A stretch of 63,631 nt of DNA, the filler included, from Lenisia limosa (taxonomy: Eukaryota; Protista; Breviatea), in NCBI GenBank assembly GCA_001655205.1. It is 17 parts of 17 records of this genome, joined end to end, with 100 filler letters (N's around TTAATTAATTAA, not from the genome) between each part and the next. Parts side by side here need not be neighbours in the genome. Positions count along the whole stretch, not along the records: positions 15,975 to 28,441 come from LPNZ01010357.1; positions 28,542 to 29,738 come from LPNZ01000545.1; positions 29,839 to 31,920 come from LPNZ01000348.1; positions 32,021 to 39,806 come from LPNZ01009174.1; 13 more parts are not named here. One strand, given 5' to 3'. Shown here in pieces: positions 25,426 through 37,659 of the stretch. The notes beneath the pieces are model-generated. The model ran no database searches. It was given only the letters and a program-made list of their open reading frames with translations, and had not been told where the DNA came from. The position numbers were made by a program, and so were the translations under genes. How positions within the stretch are numbered: position 1 is the stretch's first letter; each line of letters opens with the position of its first letter.

Positions 25426-27794
25426 ATGTCATCAGCAGAAGAAGAACCACCAACACCTACACAGTCAGGTGAGGAGAGCTCAGAGGCAGTGAGATCGTCT
25501 CCCGCAGAGTCTGCCCAGTCGCCCTCAAGAGAGCGACGAAGCGCCGCATCCACTTGCACCCCCAATAAACAGGTATGTTTTATGAGTTTTGTAATATTGA
25601 GCCAGGTCATTTGTTTGGTTAAAGTACCGCTGTATATTTTGCAATTTAATAAGAGGTTCACTGTGTGTCAGAAGTTTAAACAATGAGTATATTAAACTTT
25701 AATTATTGCAATATATAATGGGGGTAAAGCACAGTAGCAAAGTAAAAGAGCTTACCGCCTAGAGTAACCGCATTGTCTTGGACAAGGTCTCCGATCGTCT
25801 CCACAACAGTCCCCTCACCGTCAAGCCCCAATCCGCGTTGTGGGAGGGGCAATCCGTCTTAAAACAATATGGCTTGAGTTTTCCTAAAACCTGTCAGTTG
25901 CAAGTTTCAGAGGTGTATTGGTATATGGATCAAAGGTTGCCCCGAATACTGTGAGTATCTTTACTCTGTCTGTAGCTAATATGATACACTTAACAGCCAG
26001 AAACTAAGTGTTCACGAAGAAATGTCACCTTTTCTATCACATCAAATGCCATTGTTCAACTAACGTGACCAGGACATCTCCCATCCGCTCAACTCGCTCC
26101 AACGCCAGTGAGCACCAAACGCCGAAAAGCAAGAGCCCCACACGCAAGCGGACCCCCGCAAAGTCCGCTGCCAAGTCGCCTGCACCGAAGAAGACCCCCG
26201 CCAAGACCCCGACTAAGGCCAAAACCTTCGTGTATGCTGGTGGGGTGTATTATCATAGGATGGCGTGGGATCAAAGTCCTTGCAAAATGGTAACTTTGTC
26301 AACATTTCCCTCTTCTTGCAATGGTTGCTTCTTTTAAGATCTAGTAAAGAACTCTTGATGAAACATAATGAGCAAGATCTTCTGTAGTACGAAAACAATG
26401 TGTCTTTGTCTGTCAGGCTTCTATTTTGCATTAATGAGGCAGCCCTATTCCGTCTTCTGAAAAGGTGGCGCAGAAGCAAGAAAAGGACTTCCAGGCCGCT
26501 CGTAAGCATCTCGAGGACGAGCAAAAAAGACTGGAAAAGGCCCGCCAGCACCAGAAGGAGCAGATTAGGGAGGTGGGAGGGTGGTGTTACTCCTCCAATA
26601 CGTCTTGATTTTTTTTTTTTGGAATTAGTTTTCAAATAAAGAATCCACCCTTGGACGTCATAGCCTAACATGGAGTTTTGACTCTTTAGGACTGGAAAGC
26701 TCGCACCAAATCCTCGCCCTTCAATGTGGACCTTGTTGAGCAAGAGAGGCTCATCCAGCAGCAAAACGAGAAGCGCAAGGCTGATGAAGCTAAGGCCCAA
26801 AGGGTTGCTCAGAGAAAACGTGAAAAAGTGGGCGAATGGTGATGTCGGTCGAACTGATATATATTTTAACTTGTTGTATCCTAAGAATACCTTGGGCTCA
26901 AATGTGCATTTTCGAAAACACCAATGACATCATAAGTATGCGTGATAGGGGGAATTTTGTATTATACTATAATTCAATATCTCATAAAAGTGGTGGACGG
27001 CTTAGGCCGGAAACAACCTTGTTTTTTCCCCCATTGATAGTATATGCATGCACCTTCATTTACCTCTACAGTTAAAATCGGCCATTGTCGCCCATGTGTT
27101 GTCAGAAACCCAGGAGCAAACTGACTTGCGACAAGCTAGGGAAACAGAGGAGGAAGGTTGGTGGAAATTAGCAGATTGTTTATGGGATACTTTGTCGCCA
27201 CCATAACAAAGCATCTTGTTGGATACACTTTACATGGGATGCGATGCTGCAGAAACGACTGGCCGGGCTTTGTTTGCTTTGTTGTTATCAAACCTCGTGT
27301 GTTATCAGCCAACAGAGTTGATTTTGGGTTTTTTTTTTGTTTCATAAATATTCCAATTTTATCCCCCACTCAGAGAACCGCCAATCTATCCTGAACTCTT
27401 CCCTCCAAAAGCAGGAAATGGCTTCGGTGCTGCATCAGCAGGTCGGCAAAATATTTATTTCCTTTTATCCTGAAAAAACTCCACCTTTTTAACCTCGATA
27501 TTGGTGAAATGACTATCATCAACAGTGCGCGGAATATTCCTCATTGATCACCCCTCCAGAGACTCCATGAAAATCAGAAGAAAAGAGGCGAGGCTATCAA
27601 AGAGAAGCAAGCTCATCACAAAGAAAGGTCTGGCACCTCTTTGAATTCTTTCAACAGATGCATTCTCTTGGATACAAGGAATATGACGTTCCATGATGCG
27701 GTCTCTGACAGTCTAGAATGGATTCTTTGGCAGCAGCGGAGGAGGAGCGGAAGGCTGAAATCATGGAGAGAGCTGCCCAAAAAGCCTCACGTAA
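25426..27794 (+). CDS. Hypothetical protein with S/P/K-rich N-terminus and coiled-coil C-terminus
   Basis: MSSAEEEPPTPTQ..., KSPTRKRTPAKSAAKSPAPKKTPAKTPTKAK, KVAQKQEKDFQAARKHLEDEQKRLEKARQHQKEQIRE|DWKARTKSSPFNVDLVEQERLIQQQNEKRK, ending AAEEERKAEIMESCPKSLT*. Confidence 0.75.
27235..27373 (+). repeat. Family D intronic repeat, best complete copy
   Basis: gatgctgcagaaacgactggccgggctttgtttgc..cctcgtgtgttatcagccaacagagttgattttggg..gtttcataaatattccaattttatcccccactcAG. Related segments at ~170-249+, 2078+, 4035-4083+, 7285+, 11040-11197+, 20123-20185-, 21162-21449-, 22231-22287-, 33270-33345-, 37760-38054-, 41010-41060-, 41890-41938-, 43200-43275-, 44500-44600-, 51688-51760- and 52453-52510-. Confidence 0.85.
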
Positions 27795-28663
27795 ACCGAT
27801 CCCTTTCTAAGCTGGTTGGGGGTCTGTGTATTTTATCTTCTGTATATTGACTTCTTGACTAGGGATGTGGAGTTTATATACACAGAATAAACTGACACAT
27901 ACTCTTCATTCCCATTTTCCTCATTCATACAGGATGGTGTGGCTAGTAGTCTGTATTTGTTGTGTTATTAAGTGTGTTTCTTTTAGGTTATGTATGCCAG
28001 TCTTGAAATTTCAAAAGGAAATATATATCAATATCATACTGCACATGTTTAAATAAAAAAGAAAACAATTTACAACAAAAATTAGCCTAAATGGGGAACA
28101 GTAGACGCAGTTCTCAGCTTACGAGCGTCACTATCTGCTATGTTAGAATATGTCAAAAAAAGAACTCAAGATAATATAAAATATAAATCAATGTGATTAG
28201 ACTAAAATAATAAAGTAAATTAGCTGGAATATTGACAATAGACCCTCAACCCCAATAGAAGTCCAGACTTCACTGCACTCCGAAAAAGACCAGAAAAACA
28301 TAATGAGGATTTATCTATTTTATTTCGGACTGAAGCAACATCAAAGTAGCCCTCCAACCGAGCCAAAAACGGCTCCATTGAGCATAGGTGAGAATAAGCT
28401 TCTTCAGTACAGCTGAGTAGCCAATCTGAAACACAGTCAAANNNNNNNNNNNNNNNNNNNNNNNNNNNNNNNNNNNNNNNNNNNNTTAATTAATTAANNN
28501 NNNNNNNNNNNNNNNNNNNNNNNNNNNNNNNNNNNNNNNNNCCCCCCCCCCCCCACCCTGGTCTGTAGGGGGGGGGGTGGACAAGGTGGGTGTTCTGATA
28601 TTCTGATAAGGAAGCACTAATCTCTTTCCAACATCCCACTTTCCGCTTTACCTTGTTACTGTT

Positions 28664-29738
28664 GCAGCCCCTCTGAAGAATCCCCATTAAGCACCGGGGA
28701 AGAACCTATATCGCCGTATTCATCATGTTTTGCACACGCTGACCCGGCTCCGCTCGAGCCTCAACACACTTTGGAGACATTGGTGGCCTCTAGTCCTCCG
28801 CCACCGGAGAGCGGTGGAGCATGCCATCCTCGAAGCCCGTCCGCGCGGCCGGAGGGTGCAGAGAGAGCTGCGTTTAGGTATGGAGGAACAATGGGGAATA
28901 GTTGGTAATGATGTTTTTTTTATTATTATTATTATTATTGTATTTTTTTTTGGGGGAGGGGGGTGATTTACGTGGATAATTACGTGGAAGAATCTCTCTT
29001 GACCTGACCCCCTATTGGATCTTTTATTATAACAGCAGATTATGAGTTGTAATTTCTAACCTTATTTTTTGGGCACTAAGTCAGATCACCTGATCACCTT
29101 GTGCCGAAGTGCAACAACGTAATCTAGCGACTAAATACCTAACCCAAAGTCAATGGTATGTTAACCATCACAGCCCTCCATGTGAAGAAATCAGCGAGGT
29201 CTCAGAAAGAAGCCCGGTATCTGAGGAGGAAAGGTCTCAAACTAGTGGGTATGGTGAATATTGGTGAATATTATTATTGCTGGGGCTTCACTTCAGTTCA
29301 AAAAAGACCGGTAAAATATCGGTAGTTTTCAAGGATTTATAGAGAAATTCAGTCTTATTTTGAACGGAAGTGAAGCCCTAATTATTACAGAGATTATTCT
29401 CATTCTACAAAAATAATTGGATGTTGGTATGATATTATTTCCTGTTTTCTTCTGTCTGGCTAAGAGGAATCTGATATCAGTTCACGCCTGCTTTTTTCTT
29501 GTTAAGCAAATTTATCAACAATTCTAAATCTCCTCCTCATTCTTTTTTTTATTTCACAATTATGCTTGTCATGGTAATGTGACTCTTCAATTTGTACCTC
29601 TCAGGCTTTTTGCAATATGACTCATCTTCTAAATCCGTCGCTTCAGGCGTATCACCCGTCTTCTTTCTTTGTTCAGTTCACAATCCCCCTCCGCTTTAGG
29701 AGAACTGACCACACCGTCACGCTCACCCCACTCTTCTG
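28664..29738 (+). CDS. Low-complexity S/P/E-rich protein fragment
   Basis: Exon-like segments with GT/AG ends: EPQHTLETLVASSPPPPESGGACHPRSPSARPEGAERAAFR|gtatgg and PPCEEISEVSERSPVSEEERSQTSG|gtatgg. Confidence 0.4.
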
Positions 29739-29838
29739 NNNNNNNNNNNNNNNNNNNNNNNNNNNNNNNNNNNNNNNNNNNNTTAATTAATTAANNNNNN
29801 NNNNNNNNNNNNNNNNNNNNNNNNNNNNNNNNNNNNNN

Positions 29839-31740
29839 CGCTGAGGTTCCTGTTATGGAGTCTGAGAACATTCCTTTCTGGGTAGGCTGGAGTTGACTAT
29901 TTTGTTTTCCTTTTTTTTTCCCCTTTTTTTATTTTTTCGTTGTATTGTATTATTATTTTTCATATTTTGTCTTACCTTTTAGTTTGTTGATGTCCCCGCC
30001 ACNNNNNNNNNNNNNNNNNNNNNNNNNNNNNNNNNNNNNNNNNNNNNNNNNNNNNNNNNNNNNNNNNNNNNNNNNNNNNNNNNNNNNNNNNNNNNNNNNN
30101 NNNNNNNNNNNNNNNNNNNNNNNNNNNNNNNNNNNNNNNNNNNNNNNNNNNNNNNNNNNNNNNNNNNNNNNNNNNNNNNNNNNNNNNNNNNNNNNNNNNN
30201 NNNNNNNNNNTGCTGAATTGACTGTCTCTTTTTCTTTGTTTCCAATTGCCCCTTTTTTTGCGATGGAAAAATGACTGTTTTCTTCATATCTTATCGTTTT
30301 TATTTTCATATTTTGTCTTACCTTTCAGTTTGTTGATGTCCCCGCCACTCTCAAGTTCAACGACACCATTGTGGCCATGCCTAATGACATGAACCGCTTT
30401 GTTTCCGCGGTTGTCTCCCCCAACATCAGCGTGTACGTCAACGCCACCCTGGTGTTCAAGACTGTCCCCATGGAGATGCCCGAGCCTCCCATGCCCATGA
30501 TTGACTGCATGAGCGGACCCACTGACGTCGAGTTCTACCTCTGTGTCGAGGACTGGCAGTTTGTCACCCTTGTCAACCGCACTGACAACACCACCTTCTC
30601 AATTGGCGCTGAGGTTCCTGTTATGGAGTCTGAGAACATTCCTTTCTGGGTAGGCTGAATTGACTGTCTCTTTTTCTTTGTTTCCAATAGCCCCTTTTTT
30701 TGCGGTGGAAAAATGACTGTTTTCTTCATATCTTATCGTTTTTATTTTATTTTCATATTTTGTCTTACCTTTCAGTTTGTTGATGTCCCCGCCACTCTCA
30801 AGTTCAACGACACTATTGTGGCCATGCCTAATGACATGAACCGCTTTGTTTCAGCCGTTGCCTCTGCCAATCTCAACGTGTACGTTAACTCCACCTTTGT
30901 GTTCAAGACTGTCCACATGGTGAAGCCCCCTGCTCCCGAGCCCCCTATGCCAGAGCTTGACTGTCATGATGCTCCTGTTGAACTCATGGAATACGTCTGT
31001 GTTGTTAAGATGGATATGGACTATGAACTGACCTTCCACAACCGCACTGACAACTCCTCGATGATTGTTCCCTCCGAAATTTCAGTTTCACCTGGATTTG
31101 TTCTTCCCGTTTGGGTAAGCATGATGGTCGTTCACTTTTAAGCATGTTGGTCGTTGTTCACTTTTTTTTTACTGACATTTGAGAAGTTTTCGTTTCAAAT
31201 TTGAGTTTTTGCTTCTCTTGGAATCATGTTATGTTTTTATTTTTATTTTTAAAGAAGTTAATAAAGCATTCTGGAAAGAGATGCTTGAAATTTAATACTG
31301 CAGTTCGCCTCAGTTCCCGTTGTTGTGAAGATGAATGTAACTGAAGTTGCGGTTGCCACCCCTGAGATGCGCCTCTTTAACCTCGACTTCTACCCCTTCA
31401 CCAAGGTGGGTCTTATTTGCCCTGAAGCGTCATCACTTTATTAAGAACTTTTGTATGCATAATTTTTAACGCACTTTAGGTTTACTTCAACGATACTCTT
31501 GTCTTGACTACTCGCCCTGACGAACATGACGGAGGAGGACACGATGAGTTCTGGCCTATTGGTAGGACAAATGTCTTTTTATCACTGTATATGGAACCCA
31601 CTCAAAATGTTTCGATTAGCCTCTAACGTACTAGAATGTGAGACTACCTCCCCCAATGTGTTCTGCTTCATCTACAACTCTACTGTCTCGTCATTCATCC
31701 TTTTCACCAGGGACACCAATGGAGAGGTGAGTCTTCATTG
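29839..31740 (+). CDS. Surface glycoprotein built from tandem ~110-aa exon-encoded repeats (partial)
   Basis: FVDVPATLKFNDTIVAMPNDMNRFVSAV..NISVYVNATLVFKTV..EPPMP..DC..P..E..C....NRTDN..F....VP..W repeated, each unit being one exon plus a near-identical intron. Many N-x-S/T sites. Confidence 0.8.
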
Positions 31741-32020
31741 ATTTCTTTCTTTCATGACAACGTGCTCTAATTGATAATACGGTGTCTACATTTTTGTCAT
31801 TGATTTGCTTTGTGTTGTTTAGTGCTCGTTTATTCGGTTTGTGGTTAGTACCTTCTCCCCCACTATCCTGCATACCCCCTCAACCCCTCCGCCCCCCCCC
31901 CTTTTTTTTCCCCCCTTTTANNNNNNNNNNNNNNNNNNNNNNNNNNNNNNNNNNNNNNNNNNNNTTAATTAATTAANNNNNNNNNNNNNNNNNNNNNNNN
32001 NNNNNNNNNNNNNNNNNNNN

Positions 32021-35000
32021 GTAGCACTGAGAAGGGGGTGGAGGTTGCCAAGGAATCCAAACTGAGATTCTGGAAGAGTAAAAAAAAGTCTTAGATAGGA
32101 ATCTGTGCAATTGATGAAAAAATGTACATGAGCACTAAATGATCATTATCATTAGAACCAGACCAGCATCGACTTAAGAATATTAAAATTTAAGCTTAAG
32201 TCGCATTTTTGGCCGAAACTCCGACTTCAGACCCAAAAATCCGACTTAGGGTTCTGGACTGGTCCTAATTATCATTATAGTATAAAGAGACACTTTACTG
32301 CAGAACGAAGCGAAAACGCACACCCTTTCATATTTAGAAGTTTATCAAGGGAAGTGATTAGAATGCTACCGATTCATGAGAGAGTGACAAAATAGAAACT
32401 CAAAACATCACCTAAAAAGACAATTCTCTATAAATGTCGATAATTGTATCCCAAAAGTGTCTCTCATACCCGAAGGAAATATTGACGTCACTAGTCCGAC
32501 CACACCGGCCCCGACGAGGAAGAAGAAGCCGAAGTACACCACCAACGTGCAGTCTGGGGGAGGGGGGTTATGATATGATCAGCTGATGACAACGGATGCA
32601 ATGGGTTCAATGTTACCATCGAATCATCACATTTCAAAATATTCAGAAACATTTGAATCTGCACTGAAAATTGCGAATGCAAGCAAAATGCTACAAAAGT
32701 TGTACAATGGAAAAAGAAAAAAGCGTGAATCTAAGAAGAATCAAACGAGAGATAAATTTGTTGGAAAATGAAAAATAAAAAACAGGACCCTGAATAGGCA
32801 AAAGGACACTCCCGGGAGACCAAATTCACGGATTTTTGACACTTGCTCAAAATTGAAAAAAAAGTTGGGGAATATTAAGAGGTCATTTTCTCAATATATC
32901 TGTCGAACCAGTTTTGTATTAAACACTACCGTTGACCCATAAAAGGGGTCAACTTCAAGCTGTCCGGGAGTTTTGAAGCTTTGAGGACCCACATTTGTGG
33001 TTTGTATTTGAAAAAGTTGCCCCCCCCCCACAGTGCGCATAATACCACGGAGACGTCAGCAAAGGGATGTTTTGGGTGTAGTCGAAGATAATGGCTGCGG
33101 TGAGTGCGCCGTATGACACGGCCCGAATCAGGAGGGACGGACGGTGGCTGGACCTACGGGTGGGGGGGGGGGGNNNNNNNNNNNNNNNNNNNNNNNNNNN
33201 NNTAGTTTTCGAGGATTTATCGAGAAATTCAGTCTTATTTCGAACCGAAGTGAAGCCCTACTATATAACCCCCGGCTGACAACACACGACGGTGAGGAAA
33301 AACAAAACACACAAAGCCCACGCCAGTCGCTTCTGCAGCGTACAATACAAAAACAAAGACAAAAACAATAAGCGTTTGAGATAACTGCCAAAGCAGTCCC
33401 CCCCCCCACTTAAAGAGCANNNNNNNNNNNNNNNNNNNNNNNNNNNNNNNNNNNNNNNNNNNNNNNNNNNNNNNNNNNNNNNNNNNNNNNNNNNNNNNNN
33501 NNNNNNNNNNNNNNNNNNNNNNNNNNNNNNNNNNNNNNNNNNNNNNNNNNNNNNNNNNNNNNNNNNNNNNNNNNNNNNNNNNNNNNNNNNNNNNNNNNNN
33601 NNNNNNNNNTAATCTGAGGGAATTAATGTGACAATGTAACAATCTGAGGTCGTAATATAAGAAATCGATAAATGCTTGATGTTGACTAATGCATTGAGTT
33701 AGGCAATCAATAACTCACGAATAATATAATACCCTACCCATATAAGACACGGTTTTCATTCTCCCCACCCCACCCATAGAGCCAGAAGGACAGTAGGAAT
33801 AGAGGCGATATAAGACACGGTTTTCTCCCGGCTTTGCGGAAGGTGGTCTGCAGTATATGAGAGCTAAAAAACAAAAAGTGTTTACAGCAGATTATAGTGT
33901 TGAGTGAGCTAAAATATGGCCAAGACTTGAAAGCTGAATAGTATCTGGCCTCTCATTTCGAACATTAAAACAATAGTTCCCAACTAGCCCACCCGAAAAA
34001 GAGGATGACGTCCTCGGCTGGCTCCACGACCAGTAGAGCATATACGCAATACCGCACACAACACTACATACCTAGAGCGGTGAGAGGTAATACGGTGACA
34101 ACCTGAGATAGAAAAACGAGAAAAAAAAAACAGTATTCAATACAAACAACTGTTGTATGTCAGTAAGAGATTAGCGATAGGTCCATACGATATGATGTAA
34201 ACAATCAGACTATGATGACAATATGATGTTCATCGAATGTGATTATGAAAAAAAACATTAAATCCGTCACACCATCACGCCAAACTGTAATAGAATCGAG
34301 TGTAACATTCTACACCCCCCCCCCCNNNNNNNNNNNNNNNNNNNNNNNNNNNNNNNNNNNNNNNNNNNNNNNNNNNNNNNNNNNNNNNNNNNNNNNNNNN
34401 NNNNNNNNNNNNNNNNNNNNNNNNNNNNNNNNNNNNNNNNTTGATTCAATACAAAAACCCCCCTCCAACGGTGATGATTTGAGAGGTGTGGAAGTCCCTC
34501 CAGTCCGGCCAACAAAACATGATGTCGATATAGGCCCAGGTCAGAGACGTTGCAAGGAGGACTATGGACAAAATGAGGGCTCCAACGAAGCCGGTGTAGA
34601 ACGTGATGNNNNNNNNNNNNNNNNNNNNNNNNNNNNNNNNNNNNNNNNNNNNNNNNNNNNNNNNNNNNNNNNNNNNNNNNNNNNNNNNNNNNNNNNNNNN
34701 NNNNNNNNNNNNNNNNNNNNNNNNNNNNNNNNNNNNNNNNNNNNNNNNNNNNNNNNNNNNNNNNNNNNNNNNNNNNNNNNNNNNNNNNNNNNNNNNNNNN
34801 NNNNNNNNNNNNNNNNNNNNNNNNNNNNNNNNNNNNNNNNNNNNNNNNNNNNNNNNAATGAAACATTTCATACCCCCCTCCCTCTCTTCCATATGTAATA
34901 CGTGGTATCTGGCCAAAGCCATCCACCCATCACACTCATAAGAGATATTGGATTCTAGTATTAAATTAATTCCCCCAATCATCTGCCTTACAACTCACCC

Positions 35001-35730
35001 AGTTTCAACTCACCCAGTTTACATTATAATTCACTATTAATTCACCCCCCCCCCCCACCNNNNNNNNNNNNNNNNNNNNNNNNNNNNNNNNNNNNNNNNN
35101 NNNNNNNNNNNNNNNNNNNNNNNNNNNNNNNNNNNNNNNNNNNNNNNNNNNNNNNNNNNNNNNNNNNNNNNNNNNNNNNNNNNNNNNNNNNNNNNNNNNN
35201 NNNNNNNNNNNNNNNNNNNNNNNNNNNNNNNNNNNNNNNNNNNNNNNNNNNNNNNNNNNNNNNNNNNNNNNNNNNNNNNNNNNNNNNNNNNNNNNNNNNN
35301 NNNNGAAACAACCAAACAAACAAAACAAAAAGGATTCAGCCATGTTGACTAAGCAGGGTTCCTCTTTGCTTTGGCTATGTAATGGTGAATTTTGAGAGAA
35401 AAATGTTCATAATAGTGCTTTCTACTGGGGAACACAGAGGGGTTGAAAACAGCATGAAGAAGGTGAGGGGGGTGTGATGAAACATGGTGAACAAATATTA
35501 TAATTAGGGCTTCCAAAAGACCGGTAAAATATCAATATTTATAGATTATATGAAATATTCAGTCTCTTTTTCGGACCGTAAGGGAACACCAACCACAACG
35601 AAAGCCCACCCAACCCCCCAACTTTATGAAGGAGGATGAGGAGAGACAGTACGAACAGTACCAGTGCCAAGATAGCAATTGTGACCGGGTCTCTTCGGCT
35701 GGAATGTGTCATATATAGCAATGAGAAATG
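32021..35730 (-). CDS. Multi-pass membrane protein (partial, uncertain model)
   Basis: Hydrophobic exons ITFYTGFVGALILSIVLLATSLTWAYIDIMF, VCSVVCGIAYMLYWSW and CTLVVYFGFFFLVGAGVVGL, with C-rich AG acceptors on the minus strand. Confidence 0.5.
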
Positions 35731-35954
35731 AAAAATAAGATAGTATCTGGCCAAAGCCGTCCACACCATCACGTTTATAAGCTTTCTGCATGATCGATAG
35801 GATTGTCTTACTGTCCAAAAAACCCCAGCAAAATATCATTATTGAGGACTTATTGAATCATGGGAATCCAATTTATCTTAGTTATGATTTTGGTTAGAGT
35901 AAATACATGTAGATGGTGTGTTGTTAATGAGGTCAGTGAAATGCGTGCAAATGA

Positions 35955-37200
35955 AAATACATTTGCATATTTACATGCCCTTTGTATCCTCCAATTTTAA
36001 GTTCTCATTAGTCCGGCCGCATGGACTGCCCGATTGCTAAAAAGTACCAAACCAGAAAACACTAGAGAATTTGGCAAGAATGGGTAATTTGGGACGTGGT
36101 GTTTCCAAGATTCAAATCCCACAAATTCCGTGTCGTAGAAAAAATCCCAAGGTAACGTACTATTTTTTCAAATGCAAAAATGATTTTCTTTAAAAAACGG
36201 TTCCAATAGATATTCTCTCGTGCCCATTTATATTTTTAAGTCCTCAAACAGATTGGAACGTGCCCCATTATGGACGTAAGTGAGCTCACGTTCCAAATTT
36301 CTTGCCAAATCCCACTTCTTTCCAAATTAACACTCGACTGTGTTTGGAGTGGTGCAATTGACATATATTTACATATTTACACATTTACACAAAGTTGGAA
36401 TCCTCCAGTTTAACTATATATGCCTTATGTTTTGAATTATTGTTATCTGATTTTTTATGATAAATTTGAGTAAAAACAATTGTAAACAATGAGTCCAGTC
36501 CTCCCCTCCTCCATTCATGCTTACTTACACCACCCTAGCCGACAGTGCGGGCAGTTTTCGGTGAAAAAATATGAATAGGGCAGTCCATGCGGCCGGAATA
36601 CTGAAAAATATACAACTGGAGGTGGAATTGACAAAAATGAAGGATCCCAAGAGTTTCCTTTAGCTTGACGGTTAATTATCACGAGTGGATGACCGATATC
36701 GCGATATTAGTTTTTTGCATATCCTTCCAGTTCAGTTTTCATGCGGAACAAAACGTTGAAAAGACGGTGATCTGGCAGTGATCTGGTAAGCGTCCAGGTG
36801 TATGTTAAAAATATATGGAAGAAACGTATGCCCAAGCACTATTTTTTTCTCCTCATCCCCCATGCAAATGTGCTGAAATGGTGTTTTTTTCTTTATATTT
36901 TGCAATCGGGCAGTCCATGCGGCCGGACTATGAAATTGAAAAAAATGAAGGATCCCAAGAGCATGCAAATGTGCAAATGATAAACAATTGCAATCTTAGT
37001 GTGTGATTATTACGGCCGCATGGACTGCCCGATTGATAAACCAAACTATCGACTGTGGTTTATTGTTTGTTAGTAATTAATTAATTATTATTAATTGTTG
37101 TAAAGTGCTGCCTGCATGAAATTGACGGGCAGTCCATGCGGCCGGACTATTGTGATATTTAAAAACTGAGGATAATAATGATATGTAAATGTGTAAATGC
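35955..37200. mobile_element. Nest of inverted-repeat (foldback/MITE) elements
   Basis: Perfect 27-bp inverted repeat gtccggccgcatggactgcccgattgc at 36011-36037 and 36902-36928, each bounded by TA, with imperfect IR extending outward. More copies at ~36577, ~37013 and ~37125. Separate nested IR (aatttggcaagaa..tttgggacgtg / cacgttccaaatttcttgccaaat) at ~36075-36315. No convincing ORF. Confidence 0.75.
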
Positions 37201-37659
37201 TTATCATTTGCGAGCCTATTTTTGGGCTTTCTATCTTTAGCTGGGTATTTGCCATATACATTGGGAATCCCAACATTCTTCATAAGAATCCCAAGTCCAT
37301 GCGCCGAAAAAATACCTATGCAGAAAAACATACCGTGTGGAGGACAGGAGAGACCTTAGCTCTAAATTGACNNNNNNNNNNNNNNNNNNNNNNNNNNNNN
37401 NNNNNNNNNNNNNNNNNNNNNNNNNNNNNNNNNNNNNNNNNNNNNNNNNNNNNNNNNNNNNCAAAAAAATCCCAAAATCTACTCAGCTAAGGGAGAAAGA
37501 CAGATATCTCGGAGTGAAACTCCTCTACTATTACAAATTTATTTGCAGTAGTACGTTATTAGAAACATGAACTATGCTCAAAAACTACGAACAGGGACCG
37601 CAATAAGTCTTGACCGATTTTCCTTGAGAAATCACATAGCAATTCGGTGAAGACTTATC

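Noticed and set aside
33040-33150. In-frame TGA in a plausible membrane-protein exon (GPATVRPS*FGPVSYG), possible recoding
   Set aside because: The exon frame and boundaries are uncertain and adjacent to gaps. There is no second example in an intact gene and no SECIS evidence.
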